Shown here: positions 12,261-23,711 of the stretch, one piece after another
Numbering within the stretch: the first letter of the stretch is position 1
Layout: each line of letters opens with the position of its first letter
NCBI GenBank assembly: GCA_052327205.1
Contig: CM126226.1
Span: 45,508,001-45,572,000, forward strand
Source: Somniosus microcephalus
Lineage: Eukaryota
DNA length: 64,000 nt
Reading direction: 5' to 3'
Notes under the pieces: generated by a model
Seen by the model: the letters and a program-made list of their open reading frames with translations, nothing else
The model's database searches: none
What the model was told of the DNA's origin: nothing
Position numbers and translations under genes: made by a program

Positions 12261-12938
12261 ACCAGCAGGAAAATCATATGACCTAACCTTTGCACACTTC
12301 TTCAGAAACCATTCCACTGCTGTAAACTACTAGTTAAATATGGCTTATCAGTACAATTGCCTAGTTCCACCTTTAATTTTCTCAATGAATCATCCAGATT
12401 TCATCTAGTAATGATCAACTTCACATAAACTGGGTCAACAACGGAATTAAATTCTTGTTTTTTCTACATCCTAAACTTTGAGGATAAAGTACAAATAATA
12501 GGAAGGGGAGAGAGGGAATTGTTTATGTCATATGTTCAGTTCCTCCTTTAACTATTTCCAAAACAATTGGGATAATGAATAACTGGGAATGCAGTTTCTG
12601 GTCACCAAAACACAAGGGAAACAGTCTAGCCTTGGAGGCGATTCAGAGGCAGATCCCCCAACATCAGAGGACGGAGGAAAATAGATGAGATAAATTGGGC
12701 CTCTTCAACCTTAAAAAGGGTCTATTGAGGGACCTTATGCAAGGTATTTTTACGCAACTTGTTTTGATCTGGAATGCACTACCTGAAAGGGTGGTGGATG
12801 CAGATTCAATAGTAACTTTCTAAAGGGAATTCGATATATACCTGAAAATGAGAAATCTGCAGTAGCTTGGTGTCAAATTTTGTTTGATAACGCTCCTGTG
12901 AAGCGCCTAGGGACGTTTTACTATGTTGAAGGCACTAT

Positions 12939-13401
12939 GGTGTCAGCTGTGTCTCAGTTGGTAGCACCCTCGCCTCTGAGTCAGAAGGTTGTGGGTTCAA
13001 GTTCTACTCCAGGGACTTGAACACATAAAGCTAGGCTGACACTCCGGCGCAGTGCTGCACTGTCGGAGACGCTGTCTTTTGGATGAGACATTAAACCGAG
13101 GCCCCGTCTGCTCTCTCAGGTGGATATAAAAGATCCCATGGCCACTATTTCGAAGAAGAGCAGGGGAGTTATCCCTGGTGTCCTGGGGCCAATATTTATC
13201 CCTCAACCAACATAACAAAAACAGATTATCGTGTCATTATCACATTGCTGTTTGTGGGAGCTTGCTGTGTGCAAATTGGTTGGCGCGTTTCCCACATTAC
13301 AACAGTGACTACACTTCAAAAGTACTTCATTGGCTGTAAAGCGCTTTGAGATGTCTGGTGGTCGTGAAAGGCATTATATAAATGCTAGTCTCTCTTCTTT
13401 C
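12939..13401 (+). mobile_element. Full-length Deu-domain tRNA-SINE (SacSINE1-like)
   Basis: A box (tgtctcagttgg) and B box (ggttcaagt), Deu-like core (ggatgagacattaaaccgaggccccgtctgc..aaagatcccatggc), L2-like tail; sits inside an L2 tail (12867-12938, resuming ~13402). Confidence 0.85.
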
Positions 13402-13611
13402 TATAGAAATGCAAGTTGTTCACAGGGCAACTACCCCAGTCGCTTTCTCCTCTTACCTGCACTATCATTCTAATTAGCTGTGTGTTAAACATGCTGGCAT
13501 TCTATCTTTCTCTGTCCACCTAATACTATCATTAGCTGATTACTGAAGCAGCTTGTCTTAAAGTCAACAAGAGCTGAGCTCCCCATGAGGTCTCTAAAAT
13601 TAGATGCTGAA

Positions 13612-14240
13612 TGAATGGACCAGCCACATACATACTGTGGCTACAAGAGCAGGTCAGAGGCTGGGTATTCTGCGGCGAGTGTCTCACCTCCTGACTCCCC
13701 AAAGCCTTTTCACCATCTACAAGGCACAAGTAAGGAGTGTGATGGAATACTTTCCACTTGGCTGGATGAGTGCAGCTCCAACAACACTCAAGAAGCTCAA
13801 CACCATCCAGGAAAAGCTGCCCGCTTGATAGGCACCCCATCCATCACCTTAAACATTCACTCCCGCCACCACCAGTGTATCGTGTCTGCAGTGTGTAGCA
13901 TCTACAAGATGCACTGCAGCAACTTGCCAAGGCTTCTTTGACATCATCTCCCAAACCCGCGACCTCTACCACCTAGAAGGACGAGGGCAGCAGGCGTATG
14001 GGAACACCACCACCTCCAAGTTCCCCTCCAAGTCACACACCACCCTGACTTAGAAGTATATCGCCGATCCTTCATCGTCGCTGGGTCATAATCCTGGAAC
14101 TCCCTCCCTAACAGCACTGTGGGAGTACCATCACCACACGGACTGCAGCGGTTTAAGCAGGTGGCTCACCACCACCATCTCGAGGGCCATTAGGGATGGG
14201 CAGTAAATGCTGGCCCATCTTCCAGGAATGAATAAAAAAA
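13612..14240 (+). mobile_element. CR1-group LINE 3' part (second family)
   Basis: WTSHIHTVATRAGQRLGILRRVSHLLTPQSLFTIYKAQVRSVMEY..WMSAAPTTLKKLNTIQ, an RT C-terminal region; tail ending gaatgaataaaaaaa. Confidence 0.85.
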
Positions 14241-14659
14241 GTGTTGGTGAGCTACATTGAGCAGGTGCTAATTTTAAAGTTGCTCTAAGAGGCGGTCACT
14301 CCACTCACTGGCACTTCATGCAGACTCTTTTTTTAAACAGCACTATTAAGCTCAACACTTGTTGACTGCAAGAACCGGTTTTACTGTAACCAGCTAGAGA
14401 ATTCTTTTAGTGTCATGCAAGGGGAGGAGAACGGAAGAATTAGCAGGAGTTTAATTTCAATCTGTAGCATGTTTTACTGTGCCGGTGAAGGGACTGACTC
14501 CAAACTGGGAGAAAAGTATCTCCTAGCTATTTTGCCAACCACCTGTAGTTTTAATCATCTCCCAGCCTATGTTCAGAAGGAGCAGAGCGAAGGAAAAATA
14601 ATTGTTTTATTTTTATTTTTATTATATTTTAGCCTGGAAGGGCTGTCACATGGAACGTG

Positions 14660-15157
14660 GTGACCAGTGCATTCTGTACCATTCATAAGAGCAGGGCAGA
14701 GGTTGCCTACTCTGTGTCCAGTAGCTCACCTCCTGTCCCTTCAAAGCCTCTCCACTGTCAAGTCAGGGGTGTGATGGAATACTCACCCCTTGCCTGGATG
14801 GGTGCAGTTATAACAACACTCAAGCTTGACATCATTCCAAGGGAGAACAGTTGTTTGGTCAGTGCCCCTTGCCACAAGAGTCGTTTACCACCTGCACTAT
14901 CACTGGTGCACTGAGTGCAGAATCTACAATGTACAGCATGCCCTTGGTCACCTATTCTCCTGACGTGGATGTGTGTCGCCTACTCTTTCATCATCTCTGG
15001 GTTAATATCCTGGGATTCCAAATCGAACTCCATTGTGGGAGACCCATCGCTACAAGGGCTGCTGCAGTTCAAGGAGAAGGCCGACCGTCCTTCTCTGAGG
15101 CCAACGAGCAATGGGCAATAAATGCCAGCCGTAACCATATCCTGAGAACGAATAAAA
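14660..15157 (+). mobile_element. Degenerate copy of the same LINE family
   Basis: QVRGVMEYSPLAWMGA motif and tail gggcaataaatgccagcc..gaataaaaa. Confidence 0.7.
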
Positions 15158-15169
15158 AGGGAATTTCCA

Positions 15170-15645
15170 CAGTGTGCCATCTGTCATTCAGTGGGTAGCA
15201 CCCTCACTTCTGAGTCAGAAGGTTGTGGGTTCAAGTCCCACTCCTAGAGATTTGAGCACATAAATCTAGGCTGACACTCCAGTGCAGTGCTGAGGGAGTG
15301 CTGCACTGTCGGAGGTGCCGTCTTTCAAATGAGACGTTAAACTGAGGCCCCATCTGCTTAACTCAGGTGGACATAAAAGATCCCATGGCACTATTTCAAA
15401 GAAGAGCAGTGGAGTTATTCCTGGTATCCTGGCCAGTATTTATTTCTCAATCAACATCACAAAAACAGATTATCCGGTCATTATCACATTGCTGTCTGTG
15501 GGAGCTTGCTGTGTGCAAATTGGCTGCTGCGTTTCCTATATTACAACAGTGACTACACTTCACAAAGTACTTTGTTGGCTGTAAAGTATTTTGGGACCTC
15601 TGGTGATGGTGAAAGGTGCTATATAAATGCAAGTCTTTCTTTTTT
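15170..15645 (+). mobile_element. Deu-domain tRNA-SINE (second copy)
   Basis: Collinear with 12939-13401 along its length. Confidence 0.85.
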
Positions 15646-15792
15646 ACTGATGGATTGTGACCAGTCACACAAGTAATCATAGAATGAGACAGCACGGAAG
15701 GCGGCCATTCGGCTCAATCAATTAAATAAATGAATCAATTGATAATAATTGATTACCAGGAAGCAAGGTCCTGAAATTACACACTCCAGGAT

Positions 15793-15985
15793 AGGTGGCC
15801 CTGGAGATGGAGCATGCGGTGTCCGCCGGCACGCTTGAGGCCTTCCGCGACTGGTGGGCGCCGCGGGGACTGGAGTGCATAATTGATTTAAACGACATTT
15901 TAATTTGATTTGTTAAGTTTTATTTAAAGATTTATTAGAGTTTTAGTTACAGTTTATTTGTTTAATTTATTTTTTGTCCTACAAA
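15793..15985 (+). mobile_element. Tx1-type 3' end (second, shorter copy)
   Basis: Near-identical to 11693-11850 (ggtggccctggagatggagcatgcggtgtccgccggcacg...). Confidence 0.75.
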
Positions 15986-16379
15986 AAGAGGAGGAACATG
16001 AAATGTGTCCACTTGAAAGTTCTAATTAAGACGAGGCATTCCCTTCAACACCTCAGCCAAGCAGGTTAAGTACTTACACTCTGATATCCTGGGTTCAATA
16101 AAGTTTAGGTGTTGGGAGTTTAATCATCTCGTTCAGTTGAAAGCCAAGCGTAAAGACAGCAGGAGACTTCTCCTTTATATTCTCTCCAGAACAGGTAGAA
16201 AATAAATTCACTCGTTATTGCAAATGTTAAGTGACGTTTTGGGAAAGAGGTTTCACATTAATGCAGCCTAATGACTTTTCCTGGCTTCCCCCGTTTCCTG
16301 ATCACTTGCTCTTGGGGGAGCGGTTCCATTTCTTTTGAAATATATTTCCCCATCCCGCTACCTGGATAACAGGAAATGT

Positions 16380-16620
16380 GCATCGACCGGGAGACTTGAG
16401 TCAGAGGCGCGGGTCATAAAAATAAACCAGGGGAATGAGTGATGGGATCTCGTCATCGCCCAGTCCACAGTTTAGGAACCACTCAGAGCGGCGGTACCAA
16501 CCTGTTCAGGTTGGATCAACTTTGAATAAGGAAGTGAACTTCAGTCAGACCTCTATAAAAGCGCACAGGCTGCAGGAGTCGTCAGATAATCATTAAACCT
16601 CAATTGCAACAGGTTATAGG
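16380..16620 (+). promoter_or_regulatory. Putative RNF223 core promoter (TATA box 16554-16560)
   Basis: TATAAAA ~30 bp upstream of a plausible TSS; AP-1 TGAGTCA 16397, CDX/HOX-like GTCATAAAA 16413, GRHL-like AACCTGTT 16499 and AACAGGTT 16608, ETS AGGAAGTG 16529, HNF1-like GATAATCATTAAA 16585. Motif matches only. Confidence 0.55.
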
Positions 16621-16654
16621 ACACCTATTCCTCGCTCTGAGAACCCACAACAAG
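16585..16654 (+). other. RNF223: Putative non-coding first exon of RNF223
   Basis: Follows the TATA box; candidate donor aag|gtttgc at 16654/16655; pairs with the strong acceptor tttttgttccttccccccag ending at 18301. TSS is approximate. Confidence 0.45.
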
Positions 16655-18308
16655 GTTTGCAAATGGCTTTTTTAAAATTCCAGTTGTTAATTCGGCAGGG
16701 ACTGTATTAAATGAATTCAATTTAAATGATCTTAAATTAAGTCTGGGGGAATTTGTGTTCTGTTTTGAATGTTAGCCCTGAGTTGTATTCTAACTAGGGA
16801 GCAGTTTGACAGAATCCAGTAGTTGTAGTTTGTCTTTCGAACAGAGTTGAGTAAGTTCACAATAATAAAACTCCTCCCGCTCTAAGCGAGTGCTGAAGCG
16901 AATCCTTGCTCAGTGTTTAATTCAATCCCAGTGTAAGCTGCTATTTTTTTTTTAATCCAAACTTTTTTTTTGGGGGGGGAATGTCTCGTCTCGTGGTCGA
17001 TTTCAATTTTAAAAGCAATAAACACAACACCCGTCAAAGATTCGTTAGGTTTAAAAAAATTATTGAATCAAAAAAAATTGTCTGCTAAACAGACGTGTTA
17101 GAGATGCAAGTGCAGTCTGATCCACTTGTGTGTTTGCACCCCGCCCCAAACGATCCAATAATTTGTAATTAATGTAAATTATGCAGCACAGTGAGAATTC
17201 AGTACTTTAAAATATTCAAATGACCTGAATTGAACTCCGATCACTGAGGAGAGTGGACTGTATGCATGTTGTGGGATTTTAAAGTGTCTGTTTAAACAAA
17301 CTTATTGCTGTAATTTTTAATTTATTTGAACTTGTATCTAATGTAAACGTTTAAAGTAGTTTTGGGACAGAATGGTCTGGCAATGCACCGTCCCCCCACT
17401 TCTAGAAGTTGGCTTTGGAATCCTAGCTGAGAAGTGAAGTCTCTGGCGGCCACACGTGTGTGTGTCTGTCTCTGATTTTCTATTTGGTGCCGGTCCACTG
17501 TTGCATTTTCCTCGACCCGTTTCAAAATGTGTTTGTCAAAGTTGTAACCGTCTCTCGCCAAATGCTATCGCGTCACTTCTATCTGTTGAGCTTTATTTCA
17601 GGGAGTTTTGTTGTCTGGATTTCCCCTCTTCCATGACTACTGGATGCCTCACTTTGTTTCCGGAAGACAGTTGGTTTCAATCCGCGACTAGCTGTTGTCC
17701 AATACTGGCCGGTACAACAGATTCAAAAGGAACCGCTGTTGTCTGTTCTCCACTCCTTCCCAAATTCATCTTGGCGACTGTGCCTTGAGGATTGAACTTT
17801 ATTTTGGACTTTTTTTCGGGGGGGACGGGGACTTTATCGTGCAGTAATTTTATGAACCTTTTCTGGAACAGTAGCATCTTTTATTTTGCTGGGTTAAATT
17901 GAATTGTATAGCAACAGATTCTGTATCTTTTGAACTGTGAACCTTGGCAGTGAACGTGTGTTTTTTTTCCACCATAGATAATATATTTTAAAACGTGTGA
18001 AATGATGGAACCTCAGCACTGAACCTCCACGTCAACTGATTCGTTATCTTAATGAATAGGCAACATGCTTGATATTAACCTTGAGGCTCTGACTTTTCAA
18101 AGTGTGTTTCCCCAAGGTCGATGCCAGCACTTGTTTAAAACTGCTTGAAATAAATGTTAGTCTTAATTGAGACTCTGGCAATGAATGTGACTGTAGCCAC
18201 CTGCCTTAGTAAAGCGTGCACCTTTAGCATGTATTCATAGCATCTCAGAAAAGTTAAGCACCATCTCAACATTGTATTTTTATTTTTGTTCCTTCCCCCA
18301 GGTGCGCA

Positions 18309-18953
18309 ATGTCTGTCTCAACCCAGGTGTGGCACACTGAAGCCCCTCCTGTTATGGAAAGTCCCGATGGAAACTCTGTGGAAGGGCTGGAATGTACCAT
18401 TTGCTTCAGCTCCTATGACAACATCTTCAAGACTCCCAAGTTGCTCGAATGCCAACACGCTTTCTGCTTGGAATGCCTGGCCAGGCTAGTGGCGACCTTG
18501 CCCGCAGACCAGGCCACGGATATCATCTGCCCACTTTGCAGGCGCCAAACAGCAATGCCTGATAACGGGACCCCTGCCTTAAGAACGAGCCAGGAACTGC
18601 TTGCCAAACTTCCCCCACAGCTGCAGCTTGAAGAGCCAGTGTGGATGGAGGGCAAGAAACTGTGCTACAAGAGGGCCACGGAGCCTGGTAACTCTGACTT
18701 CTGTATCTGTATTGATCTTGGTGAAACGAAACCAGAAAATACACCTCCTGCAACAGAAAGAAACTATGGGATTCTAAATTGCTTTGGCTTGTTTGGTGAC
18801 TGGAAGCGACTGGTCCTATTTATACTGGTAGTGATCATTTTCATTGGCGTCGTGTTATGGCCACTTCAGTGTATGATTACCAATAATAATCTAAGCTGTA
18901 CTCGGCATCTGATAGAATCAACAACTGCCCCGACCATCAATATTGTAAGATAA
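18309..18953 (+). CDS. RNF223: RING finger protein 223 (C3HC4 RING E3 ligase with C-terminal TM helix), 214 aa
   Basis: MSVSTQVWHT, LECTICFSSYDNIFKTPK, CQHAFCLECLARL, CPLCR, EEPVWMEG.KLC, DWKR + hydrophobic helix + LWPLQC match recalled RNF223 motifs; splice acceptor ends 8 nt before the ATG. Confidence 0.92.
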   Translation: MSVSTQVWHTEAPPVMESPDGNSVEGLECTICFSSYDNIFKTPKLLECQHAFCLECLARLVATLPADQATDIICPLCRRQTAMPDNGTPALRTSQELLAKLPPQLQLEEPVWMEGKKLCYKRATEPGNSDFCICIDLGETKPENTPPATERNYGILNCFGLFGDWKRLVLFILVVIIFIGVVLWPLQCMITNNNLSCTRHLIESTTAPTINIVR

Positions 18954-21008
18954 TCTGGGCTAAGTGGGTTGGAAGGAAAAGCCGGTGCATTGTATGACAT
19001 TTGGACATTCTGATGTCTGTGTGTCAGCTTGGAAGATTCACGAATAGGGAACCAAACGGTTCTACATAAAACTTTCTAAAACAAAACCTTCTAAATGTAT
19101 TTGTCACATTTATGGGACTAATCACAACAAGAACAAATACAATAATTATTTGTGGGCTATTTTAAGTTTCCTGTACTGGACAAGTGGTTAAAATTACTGT
19201 AAGGTAAATCTTAACTACATTTCTGTACATGAGTTGGTTAACAAAATAAACTGAATAGAATAAGGACTGGTGGGCTAAATGGGACATCAGCTGGCTTGCT
19301 GTTCTGTTGCCACAAGTTGACGGGATTCAATTCACTTCTATCTGCACTAACTTGTAAAAATGACAGTTTGGTTCATAATCTTCACAGTCTGGAGAACTTG
19401 CTGAAAAGAGCCCTAATGTTTGTAAACTATTAATTTTAATCCTCTTTGGGCAGGGATATGGAAGCACGTCCTTGCTACCGTTGTGTGATTATCTAAAGTA
19501 CACTTTTCGCTTGATCATGAGTGGTAAAATGTGTGAATCTGTATTTCCACAAACGTCGTCACACTTGTTCAATAGGGCAAGAACCATGCTGGTGATCAGA
19601 GGCTTCGGAAGCGTGACACAACAGTTTAACACTTAGCAATTCATTGGTGCTGCCTAACAAGCAATCAATGACAAGTTTGTAGCACTTGGGCAAGATAACT
19701 GATCACTTTTTTTGTTGGAAAAAATAATTTACTGTTTCTGTCACAGTTCACTCTCTAATTCCTCTTTGGCAACGGGGAAACCAATTATTTGAAGAGGGGG
19801 CTGCCACACAAGTTGTCTGCTGGATTAAGTTCAGCAAATGCATTATTTTACACTGGGTGGGGGGGGTGCACCAATTTCTGTTGCTGTCACTCAATTTCTT
19901 GCCCTTTGCCATTATAGTTTTTGTCAATCTTTCCCCCAAAATATAACCAGCAATCTCTGCATTCTCCAACACTCGCCTGATGCCCAAAATAAAAATTGGC
20001 TCTTCATTAGTTCTAGTTCTTGGTCTACAGCGGTCTCTTTGGATGCTGACTGACCTTTGAATTTCCAATAGTGTTTTACAACAGGCCCCTTTTGTTGTTT
20101 CTGCAAAAGCTGCTTGTTCAGCTGTGTACAGATGAGGAGGCCTGGTTTTTCTTCAACTAAAATCTGGTTATCTATTTGGCTGTCTTTAGCACAGCAAGTG
20201 CTTGCTTCTATCGCAGCTGCAGTAACGGCTCCACAATGGATATTCTGCTCAGTGGAAACTTAAAGCTGCATGGGGTTCCTCTTTGCAAAGCTAGTGTTCA
20301 GCTTTCAATATAAATAAAGCAGCTCCTCGAGTGCTTAAAGTGAGATCCATATGTTGAAGCCTGCATATGCATTTTAACCATTGTCCCTTGGAACACTGGC
20401 TAACTTATCAATCCACGTTGTGAAGTATCTTGCCAACAAATAATCTTTACATGTAGCAGTGTATTATGGGGCTTGTCGCAGAGATGGGTATGAGTGATGT
20501 GGTCCTTCTCATTAGTGCAAGAAGCCTCTTACTGCGTGACCACTGGAACACCGACCCATTTTCAAAATGTCAGACTATTGACACTTTTTTTTTTTCTTTT
20601 CGAACCATGCTTCAGAGGCTCTAGAATCTAATGACCTTGTGTACAGCCTAAAACAGGACGTGGTGTTTTTTTTTTTTTTTTAAACGCACAATTTTAATTT
20701 ATTTTTGTTAAAATTGGGACTGTGAAATTGAATGTTTGGGGGTCTACCTAATTGAGACCTGAAGGAGGAATTAATTTTGTAATGCAGTGTCTGTACTTTA
20801 CCAGATCTGGGATCAGTTCAGCTGCCTGTCTTCATGATTTCAACTGAGTTCTGTTACCAGCAAGATTTTCAGATGTGTTGATGGACTGACTGATCTCCTA
20901 ATTGTGATTTTTATATTGCATTACTGCTAATTAGGGGTTACTGTTCTGCTTTTAAATTATTTAAGTATTCTAACTTTTCAGTATTGAGTTTGTGTACAAA
21001 TTATGTAT

Positions 21009-21014
21009 AATAAA
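21009..21014 (+). terminator. Candidate polyadenylation signal of RNF223 (~2 kb 3' UTR)
   Basis: AATAAA at the end of an AT-rich, TE-free stretch with upstream TGTA motifs and a downstream U-rich tract; other AATAAA at ~19245 and ~20312. Confidence 0.5.
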
Positions 21015-21556
21015 CTTTTATAGTTAACTTGACACTTTTTTGCATTGTAATATTTGCATCACTTGAAAGGAGTCTTCATCTACAATATACAAATATATAA
21101 CAGATAAACTCTTACTAATCCACACTATCTGTAGGACTTCACAAACCCATGGATCCACGGACTGAAAAGTGGGGTGTAAGTATGTATATTTTGCTCTGCG
21201 TAAAATTAAAGAATTGAAATAATGGCCTACAAAAGGTTCTAGAATACACTAGTCTTAAAACCGCTCTTCCCTACTGAATTGATACCACCAAAAATGATTA
21301 ATGGGTCACTCATCTTGCTGCCACTTGTGTGCAAAATGCCTGCCATGTTTATGTAGCAGTGACTATACTTCAAATTAAGTCAATGTATGTGAAGCACTTC
21401 AAATTTCTGGGCGATGTGACTATGGTGTTATTATCAATGTAAGTTCTTCCATGTGCATAATGGAACTGTGTTTATGTAAAGTCTGTCTCAAAGACTTGGA
21501 GCTCCAACATGCCACATTGCAAGATACGTATGTTTTCTCTGTTTAGGTCATTATAA

Positions 21557-22280
21557 AATCATAGAATGGTTACAGCACAGAAGTCGGCTATTCAGCCCGT
21601 TGAACCCATGCCGGATCTCTGCGAGAGTACCTCAGCTAGACCCTTTCCCCGTAGCCCTGCAAATTTTTTTCTTTCAGCTACTTATCCAACTCCCTTTTGA
21701 AAGATAAGATTGAGTCTGCATCCACCATCCTTTCGGGAAGTGCATTCCAGATCTTAACTTTTTTTTTTTTTTTCTTACGTCGCCTTTGGTTCTTTTCCCA
21801 ATCACCTTAAATCTGTGTCCTCTGGTTCTCGACCCTTCTGCCAATGGGAACAGTTTTCTCTCTCTATCCAGACCCCTCATGATTTTGAACACCTCTATCA
21901 AATTTCTTCTGCTCCAAGGAGAACAACCCCAGCTTTTCCAGTCTATCGACGTAACTGAAGTCACTCATTCCTGGAATCATTCTTGTAAATCTTTTCTGCA
22001 CCTTCTCTAAGGCCTTCACATCCTTCCTAAAGTGTGGTGCCTAGAATTGGACACAGTACTCCACCTGGGGCCGAACCAGTGTTTTATACTGGTTCGTCAT
22101 CATTTCCACACTTCTGTACTCCATACCTCTATCCATGAAACTCAGAATCCTGCCACCTTCAACGATTTGTGCACACATACCCCCACGTCTGTGTGCGCCC
22201 CCTTTAGGATTGTATCATTCAGTTTATATACCATCTCTTCTATCTTTCTACCAAATGTATCACCTCACACTTTTCTGCGT
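21557..22280 (-). mobile_element. CR1 LINE 3' fragment
   Basis: LIEVFKIMRGLDR..LFPLAEGSRTRGHRFKVIGKR on the minus strand; atcatagaat tail. Confidence 0.85.
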
Positions 22281-22289
22281 CAAACGTGT

Positions 22290-22898
22290 AGTAATAATAA
22301 TCAACTTTATTGTCATTGTTAGTGCACAAGTGCAGTACAACAAAATGTAGGCTTGCGGCTCCTGCGAGTGTACATTTAGATTAAGACATTTCAACATTCA
22401 TTTGGCTTGTAATACATAAACATAATAAAGTGCATTGGCAGATGAGCAGGCTTTAGAGTTTATTTGTGGAGTTCAGTAGGATGACAGCCCTGGGAAAGAA
22501 GCTGTTCCTAAATCTGGTCGTTCGGGTGCGAATGCATCTGTAGCGTCTCCCAGATGGCAGGGGGGCGAACAGGCTGGGGTGGGTAGGGTCTTTGATGATG
22601 GTCCGTGACCTTCGTAAACAGCGTTTCTGGTATATGTGCTCTATATGGTCGGTAGCTGGGTGCCGGAAATGCGTTGGGCAGTTTTGACTACCCGCTGCAG
22701 GGCTTTCCGGTCATAGTAGCTACAGCTGCCATACCATACTGTGATAGTTCGTCAGGATGCTCTCTATTGTGCAGCGGTAAAAGTTAGAGAGGATCAGGGG
22801 TGACAGGTTACATCCCTTCAGCCTCCTTAGGAAATATAGGCGCTGCTGGGCTGCCTTCACCAGAGGAGGTATTGAGGGACCAGGAGAGGTCTTCCGTG
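22290..22898 (-). mobile_element. Rex1/Babar non-LTR retrotransposon 3' part
   Basis: Minus strand EDLSWSLNT..AAQQRLYFLRRLK..LSNFYRCTIESILT..RYRCIRTRTTRFRNSFFPRAV; aataaa and (att)n tail. Confidence 0.8.
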
Positions 22899-23019
22899 TA
22901 AGGTGTGGAAGAGAGTAACACTGCGGATCAATGGAGATTAGGAAATGGATCTTGCTATTTGGTCTCAGAATACCAGCTTTTAAAAATTCAGACCGGTTCG
23001 GATATTAACATTTAAAAAA

Positions 23020-23674
23020 ATTAATTATGGGCTTGGCTGGCAAGGCCGGTATGTATGGTCCATCCCACGCTACCCTGAGAAGGTGGAGGTCGGCTTTCAG
23101 TTGAACTGTTGCAGTCTGTGGCAAAGGTGCTCCCACAACTTTGTGCTCCCACAGCTCCCAGTCCAAAGATGTGTGGGTTAGGTTGATTGGCTATGATAAA
23201 TTGACCCTTAGTGTTAGGGGGATTAAATACTTGGGGTTACGGGGATAGGGTGGGATATGTGTTGGTGTAGGGGTTACGGGGATCGGGTGGGATATGTGTC
23301 GGTGCAGGCTCGATGGGCCGAAATGGCCTCTATCTGCACTGTGGGGTTTCTGTGATTCTGTGAACTCTGTTTAGTGGTTTGATGTGACTGAGTGGCTTGT
23401 TTGACCACTTCCGAGGGCAGTTAGGAGTTGGTTTGGGACTGGAGTAACATAGGGCCGCCTGGGTAAGGACAGCAGGTTTATTTCCCTAAAAAGGACATTA
23501 GTGAATCAGTTGGGGTTTTTACAATAATCCAACAGCTTTTGGTCATTTTTACTCATACCAGCTTTTTATTTCCAAATTTTCTTAAATTTAAATTTTTTAA
23601 TTGCCCTGGTGGGATATATACTCATGGTCTCTGCATTACTAATCCAGTAACCTAACCACTATACTACTGTACCA
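23020..23674 (-). mobile_element. tRNA-SINE (family of 7081-9262) carrying an HE1-like insertion
   Basis: Reverse complement of head ggtacagtagtatagtggttaggttactggattagtaat and of tail gggatggaccata..cttgccagcc. Confidence 0.7.
23150..23363 (+). mobile_element. HE1-like V-SINE 3' half with a 37-bp internal duplication
   Basis: ctcccagtccaaagatgtg..ggttaggttgattggc..taaattg (V-domain-like), CR1-type tail; duplicated unit at 23233-23269 and 23270-23306. Confidence 0.7.
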
Positions 23675-23677
23675 TTT

Positions 23678-23711
<34 letters not shown>

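Noticed and set aside
12939-13015. tRNA gene
   Set aside because: The A/B boxes belong to a SINE head that runs into a Deu domain; no complete cloverleaf. The same applies at 7081, 11300 and 15170.
23682-23709. Poly(A) tract as a processed pseudogene tail
   Set aside because: No upstream mRNA-like sequence or TSD; it abuts the head of a minus-strand SINE.
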